A DNA stretch of 64,000 bases from assembly GCA_963775425.1 (NCBI GenBank), contig CAVZJB010000011.1, positions 128,001 to 192,000 of the forward strand, written 5' to 3'. Made by a program: the position numbers and the translations under genes. This DNA comes from an uncultured delta proteobacterium. Lineage in GTDB: Bacteria; Myxococcota; UBA727; VGSZ01. The stretch's first letter is position 1. Every line of letters starts with the position of its first letter. The notes below the pieces were generated by a model. The model was not told the origin of the DNA. It saw nothing but the letters and a program-made list of their open reading frames with translations, and searched no databases. This document shows, piece by piece, positions 19,155 through 29,113 of the stretch.

Positions 19155-20726
19155 ATGTTGGTCGTCGCCCTCGCCTTCGCCCTCACCACACCCGCCCCGG
19201 CCTGCGTGGGGCTCGCCTGCTACGACGCGTGCATGACGAAGGGCGACGCGAGCGCGTGCGCGGCGTGGGGTGACCTCGTGTGGCACGCGCGCGCCGGCGG
19301 CGGCGGCCACGTGCTCGCCGCGGCGCCCTTCTGGGAGAAGGCCTGCGCCGCGGGCGTCGCCCAAAGCTGTGAGCGGCTCGCGTACGCCTACGCGACCGGC
19401 GAGGGGCTTCCCAAGCGCCCCGACCTCGGCGCCGCTTTGATCGCGCCGCGGTGCGAACAGGGCGACTTCCACGCGTGCCGCTCGCTCCTCGACGACGTGT
19501 TCGCGACGGAGCCCGCGGCGAAGGCGGCGGAGAAGCGCCTCGAAGTCGTGTGCCGGCGCGGCGACGCCGAGAGCTGCTCGGCGCTGGAGGACCACGGCAA
19601 CGCGGTCGGCGCCCACGAGCTGGCGTCCGTCTCCGCGCGCGTGTGCCGCGGGGAGAAGGCGCCGCCGGGCTGGACGTGGCCGCCGTACGTGGCGTGCTCG
19701 GCGCTCCTCGCGCGACCGGAGGCCGCGAAGCCGGAGGTCCACGCGCGGCTCCTCGAGCGCGCCGTCGAGCTCGGCAGCACCGCGTGCGCGCACGGCGACC
19801 ACGACGCGTGCGGCCTGGTTCGCTCCGAGGCCGCCGAGGACGCGCGCCTGCAAGCGAAGGGTTGCCGCCTGGGCGCCCGCGTGCTGTGTGACGACCTCGA
19901 GCGGGGCCGCTGCAAGGACCTCGACCTCGACGCGTGCACGCGCCTGCTGGCCGCGAAGCACGGCACCGCGGATGTCAAGGTCGCCGCCGACGCGTGCGTG
20001 CGGAGCAGCGGCCAGCGCTGGGCCGCCTTGTGCCTCGCGGCCGGCGAGTCGGCCGCGGCGTGCAAGCGCGGGTCGCAGCAGGGCTGCACCCAAGCGGCCG
20101 TCGACGGGTGCAACGCTGGCGACGGCGACGCGTGCCTCGAGGCTGCGAAGGCGAAGACGAAGGCCGATCTGCGTCCCGCGCTCCGCGACATGTGCAGCAG
20201 GTCTTTCACGCCGCGCGTGGTGCTGTGCGGGCTCCTGGCCGACCTCGAGGAGGCCCACGGCGCCCCGGTTCACGCGGCCTACGCGCGAGCGGCCGCCTGT
20301 CGGAAGGAAACCCCGTGCCGCGCCAAGGTGAAAGCGCCCACGCTCGAGCAGGCCCGCTACGGCTGCGAGCTCAACGACGGCGGCGCGTGCCTCGAGGTCT
20401 TTCACCGGCGAGGGAAGGGCGGCGTCTCCGCCGACGAGGCGCGCAAGGCCATCGAGAGCGCGTGCTACGCGGACGTCGAGGGAGCGTGCAGACAAGCCGC
20501 CGTCGCAGACCTCGCGAGCGACAACACAGACGCCGCCGTCGGCGCGTACAAGTACGCGTGCTTCGGCCACGAGCCCGACCTCGCCGCGTGTCGCGACCTC
20601 GCGGCGCTCTACTGCGAAGGCCGCTACGTCCCGAAGCACCTCGGGATGTGTCAGGACTACGAGCAGGTGGCGTGCAAAGGCGGCGACGGCGCCGCGTGTG
20701 CCGCCGTCGAGCGGCTGCGCCGCTGA
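19155..20726 (+). CDS. Exported Cys-rich Sel1-like (Hcp-type) repeat protein
   Basis: Signal peptide; repeated ..KAC..G...(A/S)C..LA..Y..G pattern. Confidence 0.75.
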   Translation: MLVVALAFALTTPAPACVGLACYDACMTKGDASACAAWGDLVWHARAGGGGHVLAAAPFWEKACAAGVAQSCERLAYAYATGEGLPKRPDLGAALIAPRCEQGDFHACRSLLDDVFATEPAAKAAEKRLEVVCRRGDAESCSALEDHGNAVGAHELASVSARVCRGEKAPPGWTWPPYVACSALLARPEAAKPEVHARLLERAVELGSTACAHGDHDACGLVRSEAAEDARLQAKGCRLGARVLCDDLERGRCKDLDLDACTRLLAAKHGTADVKVAADACVRSSGQRWAALCLAAGESAAACKRGSQQGCTQAAVDGCNAGDGDACLEAAKAKTKADLRPALRDMCSRSFTPRVVLCGLLADLEEAHGAPVHAAYARAAACRKETPCRAKVKAPTLEQARYGCELNDGGACLEVFHRRGKGGVSADEARKAIESACYADVEGACRQAAVADLASDNTDAAVGAYKYACFGHEPDLAACRDLAALYCEGRYVPKHLGMCQDYEQVACKGGDGAACAAVERLRR

Positions 20727-20740
20727 GGTCAGGCAATCAC

Positions 20741-21688
20741 ATGCGAGCGATGCAGTACCCCGCCTACGGAACGCCGCCTTCGCTGGTGGACCTGCCGGTG
20801 CCGACCGCGGGCGCCGACGAGGTGCTCGTCCGCGTCATGGCGGCGAGCGTGAATCCCGTCGACTGGAAGATCGCGAGCGGCAAGCTCCGGCTGATCATGC
20901 GGAACCGGTTGCCGTGCGTCCCGCTCGCGGACGTCGCCGGCGTGGTGGAGTCCGTCGGCCCCGGGGTGACGACGTTTTCGCCCGGCGACCGCGTCCACGC
21001 CCGCATCGCCGGCAACAACCCCGGCGGCGCTGCGGAGTACGCGCTGGCGACGACGGCGGTGCTCGCGCACATGCCGGCGTCGATGGACTTCGCGACGGCG
21101 GCCGGGCTGCCGCTCGCGGGCATGACGGCGTTGCAAGGGCTCAGGCGCGACGCGGGGCTCCCGATGGAGAACGCGAACGCGCGCGTGCTCGTCGTCGGCG
21201 CGTCCGGCGGCGTCGGGCACCTCGCCGTGCAGATCGCCGTCGCGGCCGGCGCCGAGGTGACCGGCGTCTGCAGCGGCAAGAACGCCGCGCTGGTGAAGGA
21301 GCTCGGCGCCCACGCGGTCATCGACTACACGAAGCCCGACGCGTTCAAGGGCGCCGCGCGCTGGGACGTGATCCTCGACTGCGTCGGCGGCAACCCGCTG
21401 CCCTGGCTCACGCGCACCACGCCGCGCGGCACCTACGCATCGACGTTCCCGGGAGCGCTCACGATGCTCAGGAGCGCGCTCGACCCCGTCACGCCCAGGA
21501 AGGTGAAGGCGGTCATGCTGAAGAGCAACGCCGCCGACCTCGCCTTCCTCGACGAGCTCTACGCCGCCGGCAAGCTCAAGGTCGTCGTCGACAGCCGCTT
21601 CCCCCTCGAAGACCTGAACGCCGCCTGGGACCGCTCGCGCAGCGGGCGCAGCGCCGGCAAGATCATCGTCGACGTCGCCCCCGCGTAG
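20741..21688 (+). CDS. NADP-dependent MDR-family oxidoreductase (quinone reductase-like)
   Basis: ASVNPVDWK, AAGLPLAGMTALQ, GASGGVG and GKIIV motifs. Confidence 0.92.
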   Translation: MRAMQYPAYGTPPSLVDLPVPTAGADEVLVRVMAASVNPVDWKIASGKLRLIMRNRLPCVPLADVAGVVESVGPGVTTFSPGDRVHARIAGNNPGGAAEYALATTAVLAHMPASMDFATAAGLPLAGMTALQGLRRDAGLPMENANARVLVVGASGGVGHLAVQIAVAAGAEVTGVCSGKNAALVKELGAHAVIDYTKPDAFKGAARWDVILDCVGGNPLPWLTRTTPRGTYASTFPGALTMLRSALDPVTPRKVKAVMLKSNAADLAFLDELYAAGKLKVVVDSRFPLEDLNAAWDRSRSGRSAGKIIVDVAPA

Positions 21689-21716
21689 CGCGGCCGTCGA
21701 CGAGAGCGGCCGCGCA

Positions 21717-21821
21717 CTAGACGGGGGCGTGGATCTCGGGGGCAGGGCGGGCGATGTCTTCGAGGACGCGCTCGATGGCGTCGACGGACTTCTTGGCGTC
21801 GCCGTAGAGCATGCGCGTGTG
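21717..21821 (-). pseudogene. pntB: C-terminal stub of NAD(P) transhydrogenase beta subunit
   Basis: HTRMLYGDAKKSVDAI matches the PntB C-terminus (NT.MLFGDAK.SVDAI); the rest of the gene is absent. Confidence 0.7.
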
Positions 21822-21890
21822 ACCGATAAGACATTCAAAGGCCCACATTCCTCGGCGAGCATCCCATGCCGGCTCCAGCGGCAGCAAGGT
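21821..21890. repeat. 70-bp dispersed repeat, copy 1 (copy 2 at 36007-36076)
   Basis: Ungapped manual alignment, 59/70 identical, same orientation. Confidence 0.85.
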
Positions 21891-22011
21891 TGGGCACTCG
21901 CGCGAGCTCGCGCAGGCACAAGGACAGCTCGCTTTTTCACCAGCTCCTTCCCTGTCATCCTTGTGGGGCGCGTCGGGCGGCACCGGCAACGTCCGCACCT
22001 GGCCTTCCGAC

Positions 22012-22035
22012 GCGGGGGACAAGCCCCCGCCCTAC
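22012..22035 (-). repeat. GTAG-type REP-like palindrome
   Basis: Minus strand GTAG-G-GCGGGGG-CTTGT-CCCCCGC. Confidence 0.6.
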
Positions 22036-22037
22036 GG

Positions 22038-22268
22038 GGCGTCGACGCAGCCGACGTCGAGCCCCGCCGGGTCGTCGACGCAGCCGACGTCGAGCCCCGC
22101 CGGGTCGTCGACGCAGCCGACGTCGAGCCCCGCCGGGGCGTCGACGCAGCCGACGTCGAGCCCCGCCGGGTCGTCGACGCAGCCGACGTCGAGCCCCGCC
22201 TCGTCGTCGACGCAGCCGACGTCGAGCCCCGCCGGGTCGTCGACGCAGCCGACGTCGAGCCCCGCCGG
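22038..22268. repeat. Tandem repeat, 7 x 33 bp (GTCGTCGACGCAGCCGACGTCGAGCCCCGCCGG)
   Basis: Seven contiguous near-identical units with no spacers. Confidence 0.95.
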
Positions 22269-22343
22269 CTCGTCCCATTGCGCGTCTCCCTCTGAGCTCC
22301 GCGGCGTTACGACATTCACGGTGGCGTCCAGTACACTCGGGTG

Positions 22344-23978
22344 ATGCCGCACGAGCCCGGGTCGGTCATTCACGAGCGTTACGTCGTCCGCGAGGTGCTC
22401 GGCGACGGCGGGTTCGCCACCACGTACCGGTGCGACGACACGTCGAGCGGCGCCGCCGTCGCGCTGAAGGAGCTGCACCTCCATCGCGTCGACGACTGGA
22501 AGAGCGTGGAGCTGTTCGAGCGCGAGGCCGGGCTGCTCGCCGCCCTCGCGCACCCCGGCATCCCGGCGTTCGTCGACTCCTTCCGCGAGGAGGAGGACGG
22601 CAAGCCGCGCTCCTTCTGCCTCGTGCAGACGCTCGCCGACGGCGCGTCGCTCCAGCAGCGGCTGCGCGCGGGCGAGCTGTTCGACGAGGCCCGCGCGCGC
22701 GACATCGCCGGGCAGGTGCTGCGGATCCTCGCGTATCTGCACGGCCTGTCGCCGCCGGTCACCCACCGCGACGTCAAGCCCGCCAACATCGTGCTCGACG
22801 ACGCAGGACGCGTGCAGCTCGTCGACTTCGGCGCCGTCCGCGTCTCCAGCGGAGAGACGGGCAGCACCGTCGCCGGGACGTTCGGCTACATGGCCCCCGA
22901 GCAGTTCCAGGGGCGCGCGAGCCCCGCGTCCGACGTCTACGCCCTCGCCGCCACGCTCGTGCACGTCCTGTCGGGCAAGGCGCCCGAGACCCTGCCGACG
23001 CGCCGGCTGCGCATCGACTTCCGCGCCGCCGTCAACGTCGGCGACGCGTTCGCGTCGTGGCTCGACGCGTGCCTCGAGCCCGTCGCCGAAGACCGCCCGC
23101 GCTCGGCGCGCGACGCGCTGGCGTTGCTCGACGAGCCCGCGCATCCCGGACTTCCCCGCCCCAACAGCCGGGGGGCGCGCCCACAGCCGCCGGCCCGGCG
23201 CGCCACACTCGCGGCCGCGCTCATCGGCGCCAGCGCCCTCTTCGCCGTGGGCGCCGGCGTCGCGGGCTTTGTGCTCTTCTCCCGCGCGCCGTCGCCGGCG
23301 GCCGTGCCCGCCCCGCAGCCCATCCCGCCGCCGCCCACGCCTGTCCCGCAGGCGCAGCCGCAGCGGGCGCGCCCCCCGGCGCCGGCGCCGATCCCGAACC
23401 GCGTGTGTACGCCGCTGCCCACCGGCAAGTGCCGCGTGCGTTGCAGCGTCGACGTCGTCGCCGGCACCACCGACTGCCCGCCGGCGGTGTTCTCCGCCAG
23501 GCGCCCGCTCGTGAACGGCCAGGGCGTGCTCGCGGCGCACCTCGCGGGGCGCCGGGGCCTCGAGCTCACCGCGCACATCTGCAACCCCAAGGGCTTCACG
23601 CTCCACGTCGCGGACTCGCCGAGCTGCAACGGCTACGGCGGCGACTTCGGCAGCAGCACGTGGGACGCCGAGCTCCAGCTCGCCGGCAGCGGCGTCGCGC
23701 TCTTCGGCAGCGACGCCGTCCACGGCGCCAAGCTCTACGCAGACCCCGCGTTCCTCAAGGCCACGGGGTGCCAGGACGTGAAGCTGTTCGTCGGCGACGG
23801 CACGGTGCTCGCCGAAGAGCCGTGCATGACGGTCTCGTCGGACAACGCGCTCCGCCTGAATCCCCCGAACGATCGCGAGGGCAAGCCGGACAGCGACTGG
23901 TACATCGGCATGAACCGCGTCGTCGGCGGCGGCCGCACGGGATTGGGGCTCGAGCGGCTGACGCTCTGCGTGCGTTGA
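22344..23978 (+). CDS. Membrane Ser/Thr protein kinase with an extracytoplasmic Cys-containing domain
   Basis: LGDGGFATTY, VALKEL, HRDVKPANI, DFG, GTFGYMAPEQ; TM, Pro linker, C-terminal domain. Confidence 0.93.
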   Translation: MPHEPGSVIHERYVVREVLGDGGFATTYRCDDTSSGAAVALKELHLHRVDDWKSVELFEREAGLLAALAHPGIPAFVDSFREEEDGKPRSFCLVQTLADGASLQQRLRAGELFDEARARDIAGQVLRILAYLHGLSPPVTHRDVKPANIVLDDAGRVQLVDFGAVRVSSGETGSTVAGTFGYMAPEQFQGRASPASDVYALAATLVHVLSGKAPETLPTRRLRIDFRAAVNVGDAFASWLDACLEPVAEDRPRSARDALALLDEPAHPGLPRPNSRGARPQPPARRATLAAALIGASALFAVGAGVAGFVLFSRAPSPAAVPAPQPIPPPPTPVPQAQPQRARPPAPAPIPNRVCTPLPTGKCRVRCSVDVVAGTTDCPPAVFSARRPLVNGQGVLAAHLAGRRGLELTAHICNPKGFTLHVADSPSCNGYGGDFGSSTWDAELQLAGSGVALFGSDAVHGAKLYADPAFLKATGCQDVKLFVGDGTVLAEEPCMTVSSDNALRLNPPNDREGKPDSDWYIGMNRVVGGGRTGLGLERLTLCVR

Positions 23979-23981
23979 GGC

Positions 23982-24377
23982 TCACGCGTCGTCGGAGGCG
24001 TGGAGCACCGGCGGCGCGCCGAAGCGCTCCTCGAACTCGAAGTACAAGCGCTCGAGGTGCACGCGCGCCGCGTCGCCGCCGGCGATGAAGCGGAACGCGA
24101 GCGCGCCCTGGCCGCGGGCGCCGGGCTCCTCGAGCTCGTCCGCGAACAGGCGGCGCAGGGCCTCCCGCGCCGAGCGCGCGGCATAGAAGGAGAAGACCAT
24201 CGCGCTCTTCCCCTTCGGATAGACGGCGAGCGACCTGTCGAGGCGCGACACCTGCACCGCCGCCGGCGCGTCCGGCGCGTGCTGCCCTGTGCCGGCGGCG
24301 TCGAGCGGGAACCACTCGGAGAAGCCGCGGGCGAGCGCGTCGTCGTCGCCGCCGCCGGGCCCGGTCGACGGGCTCAT
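23982..24377 (-). CDS. Hypothetical protein
   Basis: 131-aa ORF with host-like codon usage (YPKGKSAMVF, FEERFGAPP). Confidence 0.65.
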   Translation of the reverse strand: MSPSTGPGGGDDDALARGFSEWFPLDAAGTGQHAPDAPAAVQVSRLDRSLAVYPKGKSAMVFSFYAARSAREALRRLFADELEEPGARGQGALAFRFIAGGDAARVHLERLYFEFEERFGAPPVLHASDDA

Positions 24378-24725
24378 GGCGTCAACACCAGGGCGCCGGT
24401 GGTCTTTCTGCCCCCGAGGTCCTCGTGCGCGCGCGGGCGGCCTCGGCGAGCGGGTAGCGGCCGCCCACCGCGGGCGTCAAGGAGCCCTTCTCCACCGCGG
24501 CGAACGGCTTCTTCGACTGGTTCTTCCGCGGCATCGCCCCGCCGTGCTCGTTGTGCCGGCGCGAGCTCGTGCAGTGTGACTGCGCAGACTACGAAGACGA
24601 AGGGACGCCCGTCGCGCGCAGCCCCGCGTGGTGGCAGGACGTGTCGCGCGCCGGCCGCCGCGCCGACGACTTCGACGTCGAGCCCTGGGTGCAGCAGATC
24701 CTCGCCCACCGCGCCGATATGCGGC

Positions 24726-25748
24726 TCACGTCGCCGCCGCGCGCATGATCAGCTCGACCTCGTCGAGCCCCACGGACCGCTGCTCCAGCGATCCGCGCGT
24801 GTCGGTCGCGCGAAAGACGGGAGCGTCGAACGCGACGGCGACCATCGGGTTCTGCTTCGTCGCTTCGGCCGCAAAGCCGCGCATCGCGTCCTCGAGCGCC
24901 GCGAAGCCCCGCGCGCGCTCCCAGAACGAGGCGCCGGCGTCGAGGGGCATGCGCAGCAGCGCGCGCACCGTGGACCGCGCGTCGCCCTGCGCCGGCGGGG
25001 CAGGAGCCGCAGCCGGCGACGGAGCCGGCGCGGGCCGCTCGGCGTCGACCGCCGGCTCCGTCGCCGGTCGAACGGCGTCGACCGCCGGCGTGGTCACCAG
25101 CCGAAGCCGCCGCGTCGCGAACACCTCGGCCTCGAGCTCGGCGGCGTCCACCACGCGCCGCATCGCGCCGAGCGCGTCGTCGAGCGCGCCCGGGTCGCCC
25201 GAATGCGCGACCTCGTCGATGCGCGCCTTTGCTTCCGCGCGCTTCATGCGCGCGCTCAGGAGACCCTTCTCGCGCTTGGCCGCTTCGATTCGGGAGCTCA
25301 GCTCGAGCAGCGCGGCCTTGAGCTCCTCGACGGCGGCCCTCTGCTCCGTCCACTCCTTCTCGAAGGCGGCAGCGCGCCGCGCGTGCTCGCTCCCCTCCGC
25401 CGTGAGCCCGCGTTCGGTCTCGACCTGCTTCAGCAAGCGCTTCTCATCGGCGATGGCCACGGCGACCTGCTTCTTCGCGGCGACGAGCCGGCCCTGCATG
25501 TCGAGGAGCACGAGGTCCAACGCGCGCTCCGCGGCGCTCGCCGGCGTGTCGGTCGGGGACGACGCGGCGAAGTCCAGGGGCGTCACCGTCGCGCCGGGGG
25601 GCACGAGCTCGGCGAGCCGCCGGACCGCACGCTCGAACAGCAGCACGGCGGCGAGATGCGACCCGGCACCCTGGACGTGCAGGGTCACGCCGACCTCGAC
25701 GAGGTCCGGCCGAACGCGGAGGCTCACCGTGGGGTTTCCGCCGGTCAT
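24726..25748 (-). CDS. PspA/IM30-like coiled-coil protein with extra N- and C-terminal regions
   Basis: LDMQGRLVAAKKQVAVAIADEKRL and LSSRIEAAKREKGLLSAR.KRAEA resemble the PspA helices. Confidence 0.65.
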   Translation of the reverse strand: MTGGNPTVSLRVRPDLVEVGVTLHVQGAGSHLAAVLLFERAVRRLAELVPPGATVTPLDFAASSPTDTPASAAERALDLVLLDMQGRLVAAKKQVAVAIADEKRLLKQVETERGLTAEGSEHARRAAAFEKEWTEQRAAVEELKAALLELSSRIEAAKREKGLLSARMKRAEAKARIDEVAHSGDPGALDDALGAMRRVVDAAELEAEVFATRRLRLVTTPAVDAVRPATEPAVDAERPAPAPSPAAAPAPPAQGDARSTVRALLRMPLDAGASFWERARGFAALEDAMRGFAAEATKQNPMVAVAFDAPVFRATDTRGSLEQRSVGLDEVELIMRAAAT

Positions 25749-25828
25749 CCGGCGCAGCCTACGCGCGCGCGGCGCGGCGCAAAAGGCGCGCGTGGCAGCG
25801 GGGCCGGGCCTTGTGCATGATGCGCCGC

Positions 25829-25882
25829 ATGAAGACACGCGCCGCCGTCGCCTATGAACCGAAGAAGCCGCTCGTCATCGAG
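25829..25882 (+). pseudogene. N-terminal stub of a class III alcohol / S-(hydroxymethyl)glutathione dehydrogenase
   Basis: MKTRAAVAYEPKKPLVIE matches the FrmA/AdhC-type N-terminus; similarity ends after 18 codons. Confidence 0.6.
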
Positions 25883-26096
25883 GGCCGGACGGGCCAAAGG
25901 TGGCCGCGCTCCTCGCCGCCGGCGCCTATCGGTCGCTTGCGTCACAGGTCGACCGCGACATCGACTGGTGGGCCGCGCTCGTTCGCGCCGTGGACCGGTT
26001 GCCGCGTCCGCCCACCGAAGAAGAGCTCAGCCGCGCGGGGCTCTGAAAGCAGCATCGGCGACGGCGAGAGCCGACGAACGCGAGCGCCGCGCACGG

Positions 26097-27764
26097 TCAC
26101 GGGACGACCGGGATCGTGAGCACGGAGGCGCCCGTGCCCCAATGCACCGTCGCGTGCCCTCGACGGCTCGGTGCGTAACGAGCCGGGAAGTGTCCGAACA
26201 ACGGGTTCCCCGGCTCGAGCGAGCGCCCGGCGATCATCAAGCGCAGCTCGTCGCCGGCGCGGAACAAGGTGGCTGACGCGCTGAGCGGGATGTCCGCGTC
26301 GACGAGCTCCCCCGGTTTGAGCGGGTGCAGCTCGTCGAGGGACGCCTCCGCCTCGTGAGCGGGCCCCGTCGCGTCGAGCCGACGAAGCGCGAGGCGGAGC
26401 CGGCCGTCGGCGACCCGGTCGCGCCCGTAGCCGTAGGAGCCCTCGAACGGCACGTAGCGCCCGGCGCTCCACTTTTCGACGCCGATGAACAGGTGCGCGT
26501 CGTCGGCGCCGCCGAGAGCGACGCGCAGGCGCAGGTTCATCGGCCCGGTGACCTCCGTCTCGGCGTCGAAGCGATGCGTGAACACCAGGGACCGGCGGCG
26601 GAGACGGAAGGATGCGGAGCCCGGCGTGAGCGGCGGCGCCGTGGACAGCGCCCCACCGGCGGAGATGTACAGCGGGGTCCATCGCGTCCGTGCCAGCGGC
26701 CACTCGCTCTCGGACCGCACCGACGTCACCGTCCCCCGGTTCTCCCGCACCTCGACACGAACCCGCGGCAGCGCGGGCACGTCCAGTCCGCGCAGGTGCC
26801 GGTCGAAGAAGGCCGCCTGGGTGCGCTGCGCATCCTCGCTGTAGAACGTCGACCACTTCGAGCCTCGATGCGCGTACGCCGTGAGCTCCGATGACCCCGC
26901 TCGCTCGACGACCCGCCACGAGCCCTGGCTGTGCAGGTTGTGGTCCGAGAAGCTGGCGCACACGAGCACCGGCACCTCGATTCGCGCCAGGTCCGGCACC
27001 AGCGACCTCCACCATGCGTCGCGCAGCGGGTGGCGCCGGCGTTCGGCCCCGATGTCGCTCGACAAGCGCGCGGTGCGTCGAGTGATTGTCGCCCAGATCA
27101 CCGAGAAGCCTCGCTCGGGGACGCCGCCGGGGGTCATGAAGTCCCGATAGGCGTCGGTGAACCCCTCCCACGGACAGATGGCGGCGAGGTGCGGCGGTTG
27201 CAGCGCCGCCACCTTGTATTGCGAGATGGCCAGGTACGAGACGCCGAGCATCCCGACGCGACCGTTGGACCAGGGCTGCGTCCCGGCCCACTCGATCAAG
27301 TCGTACGCGTCCTGCGCCTCCTGATCCGAGAACAGCGAGCCGACACCCTCCGACGTCCCCGCGCCGCGCGCGTCGGCGTTGACGACGACGTAGCCGCGGG
27401 CGACCCACGCGACGGGGTCCGGCGCCTCCCACCCGGTCTCGCTCGAGATCCGGTAGGGCTCGGACTGATTCATGATCCGGAATTGGAAGCTCAATCGCCA
27501 GCCTCTCCTCGTCCGGCGGGGCAGAGCGTCTTTGCCGTACGGATGGATCGACACGATCACGGGGAACGGCCCGTCACCGGGCGGGCGGTAGACGTTGGCG
27601 CGCAGCATGGTTCCGTCGCGCATGCGCAGCGGGACGTCATGCTCCTTGATCAGGTCCGGCGGCGCCGCAACGACGGTGACCGGTGGCCACAGGAAATTCC
27701 GGATCCGACGGAGCGCGTAGGCGAAGCGGCCGGGACGCACCCAGGGCCGATCGTGGACAGTCAT
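26097..27764 (-). CDS. CocE/NonD family hydrolase
   Basis: MRDG..LRANVYRP, DARGAGTSEG, WSNGRVGMLGVSYLA (GxSYxA nucleophile), PepX-like C-terminal domain. Confidence 0.92.
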   Translation of the reverse strand: MTVHDRPWVRPGRFAYALRRIRNFLWPPVTVVAAPPDLIKEHDVPLRMRDGTMLRANVYRPPGDGPFPVIVSIHPYGKDALPRRTRRGWRLSFQFRIMNQSEPYRISSETGWEAPDPVAWVARGYVVVNADARGAGTSEGVGSLFSDQEAQDAYDLIEWAGTQPWSNGRVGMLGVSYLAISQYKVAALQPPHLAAICPWEGFTDAYRDFMTPGGVPERGFSVIWATITRRTARLSSDIGAERRRHPLRDAWWRSLVPDLARIEVPVLVCASFSDHNLHSQGSWRVVERAGSSELTAYAHRGSKWSTFYSEDAQRTQAAFFDRHLRGLDVPALPRVRVEVRENRGTVTSVRSESEWPLARTRWTPLYISAGGALSTAPPLTPGSASFRLRRRSLVFTHRFDAETEVTGPMNLRLRVALGGADDAHLFIGVEKWSAGRYVPFEGSYGYGRDRVADGRLRLALRRLDATGPAHEAEASLDELHPLKPGELVDADIPLSASATLFRAGDELRLMIAGRSLEPGNPLFGHFPARYAPSRRGHATVHWGTGASVLTIPVVP

Positions 27765-28081
27765 GACGGAGTCTCCCTGCTCCTGGGCGACATCCAACCG
27801 CAAAATTTCGACGACGTCACGCTCTCAGGCGGGCTTCGCATGACGCGCAGCCTCAACGAGTCGCGGCGACGGGCCCGGCGCGCGCGCGCCACCACGCCTG
27901 CGCCGCGTCGTTCAGCGCCGGCGCGTCGAGGTCGAGGTCGAGGTGCAGCGGCGCGTGCGCGAGCGGCTCGATCGCGCGCTTCATGTGTGCGAGCTCCTCT
28001 ACTTCCAGTCTGACCGCCAAAGCGCAGAAACGGTCAAACGCGCCCCCCGCGCCGACCCTAGGTTTGGTCGCGGAGGTCGTC

Positions 28082-29113
28082 GTGGTCCCTCAGCAGTGGT
28101 ACGCCATCTATCCCGCGCGCCGTGTCGGCAAGAAGCCGGTGGGGCTCACGCGCCTCGGCCAGAAGATCGTGCTGTGGCGCGACGGCGACGGTCGCCTCGT
28201 GTGCATGCCGGACCGATGCTGTCACCGCGCGGCGCAGCTCAGCTGCGGCCGCGTCGTCGACGGCTGCATCGAGTGCCCGTACCACGGCATGCGCTACGAC
28301 GGCGACGGCGCCGTCGTGAAGATCCCCGCGCTCGGGACGCGCCCCATCCCGCGGGTCTTCCACCTCGGGCCGCTGCCGTGCCGCGAGGAGCGTGGCCTCG
28401 TCTGGCTCTGGCACGGCGACGCGCGCGCGGACCTGCCGCCCATCCCGTGGGACGACGCGCTCGACGCGGAGCTGGCGCCTGGCCGCCACGCCGTCGACAT
28501 CGAGGATCAGTTCGACATCAACTACCTGCGGCTCATGGAGAACAGCACGGACCTCTTCCACGTGCCGTTCGTCCACCGCCGCACCATCCCGGTGGGCGAG
28601 GTGCTGGAGGACTTCGAGTGCACGTCCGACGGTGTGCACGTCCGCGTCAGCGGCCGCATGACCGACGGCAAGAGCCGCGGCCTCGTCGCCGCCGTCCACG
28701 TCGTGGTCCCCTCCTTGTTGATCATCACCGCGGGCAAGGTGCGCTTCCTCGCGATCGCCACGCCCATCGACGAGCACAACACGTGGGTGTTCGCCCGCTA
28801 CGTGCAGGACTACGTGCGGCTGCCCCTGATCGGCGGCTTCCTGAGCTGGCTGCTCGGCGTCTTCGACTACCGTCTCCTGCAGCGCTACCAGGACGCGCCC
28901 GTGTGGCGCACGCAGCAGCTCGACGACCCGGGGGATGTCGGGCACTACCAGCTGCTCGTGGGGGACGGCGGCGTCGCGTGCTACTTTCGCATCCGGCACC
29001 GCCTCTTGCAGGAGGCGCAGCACACGGACGGCGATGAACGCGACGACCGCGAAGGTCCAGCGAGCAATCGATCACATCGAAGCGAACCTCTTCGGTCCGC
29101 TGTCGCTCCTTGA
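28082..29113 (+). CDS. Rieske non-heme iron oxygenase alpha subunit (VanA-like)
   Basis: CCH...CPYHG Rieske motif and EN..D..H...VH mononuclear iron motif; GGAGG SD before the GTG. Confidence 0.9.
   Translation: MVPQQWYAIYPARRVGKKPVGLTRLGQKIVLWRDGDGRLVCMPDRCCHRAAQLSCGRVVDGCIECPYHGMRYDGDGAVVKIPALGTRPIPRVFHLGPLPCREERGLVWLWHGDARADLPPIPWDDALDAELAPGRHAVDIEDQFDINYLRLMENSTDLFHVPFVHRRTIPVGEVLEDFECTSDGVHVRVSGRMTDGKSRGLVAAVHVVVPSLLIITAGKVRFLAIATPIDEHNTWVFARYVQDYVRLPLIGGFLSWLLGVFDYRLLQRYQDAPVWRTQQLDDPGDVGHYQLLVGDGGVACYFRIRHRLLQEAQHTDGDERDDREGPASNRSHRSEPLRSAVAP

Noticed and set aside
22038-22268. 33-bp repeats as a CRISPR array
   Set aside because: Units are contiguous with no unique spacers, and there are no cas genes in the window.
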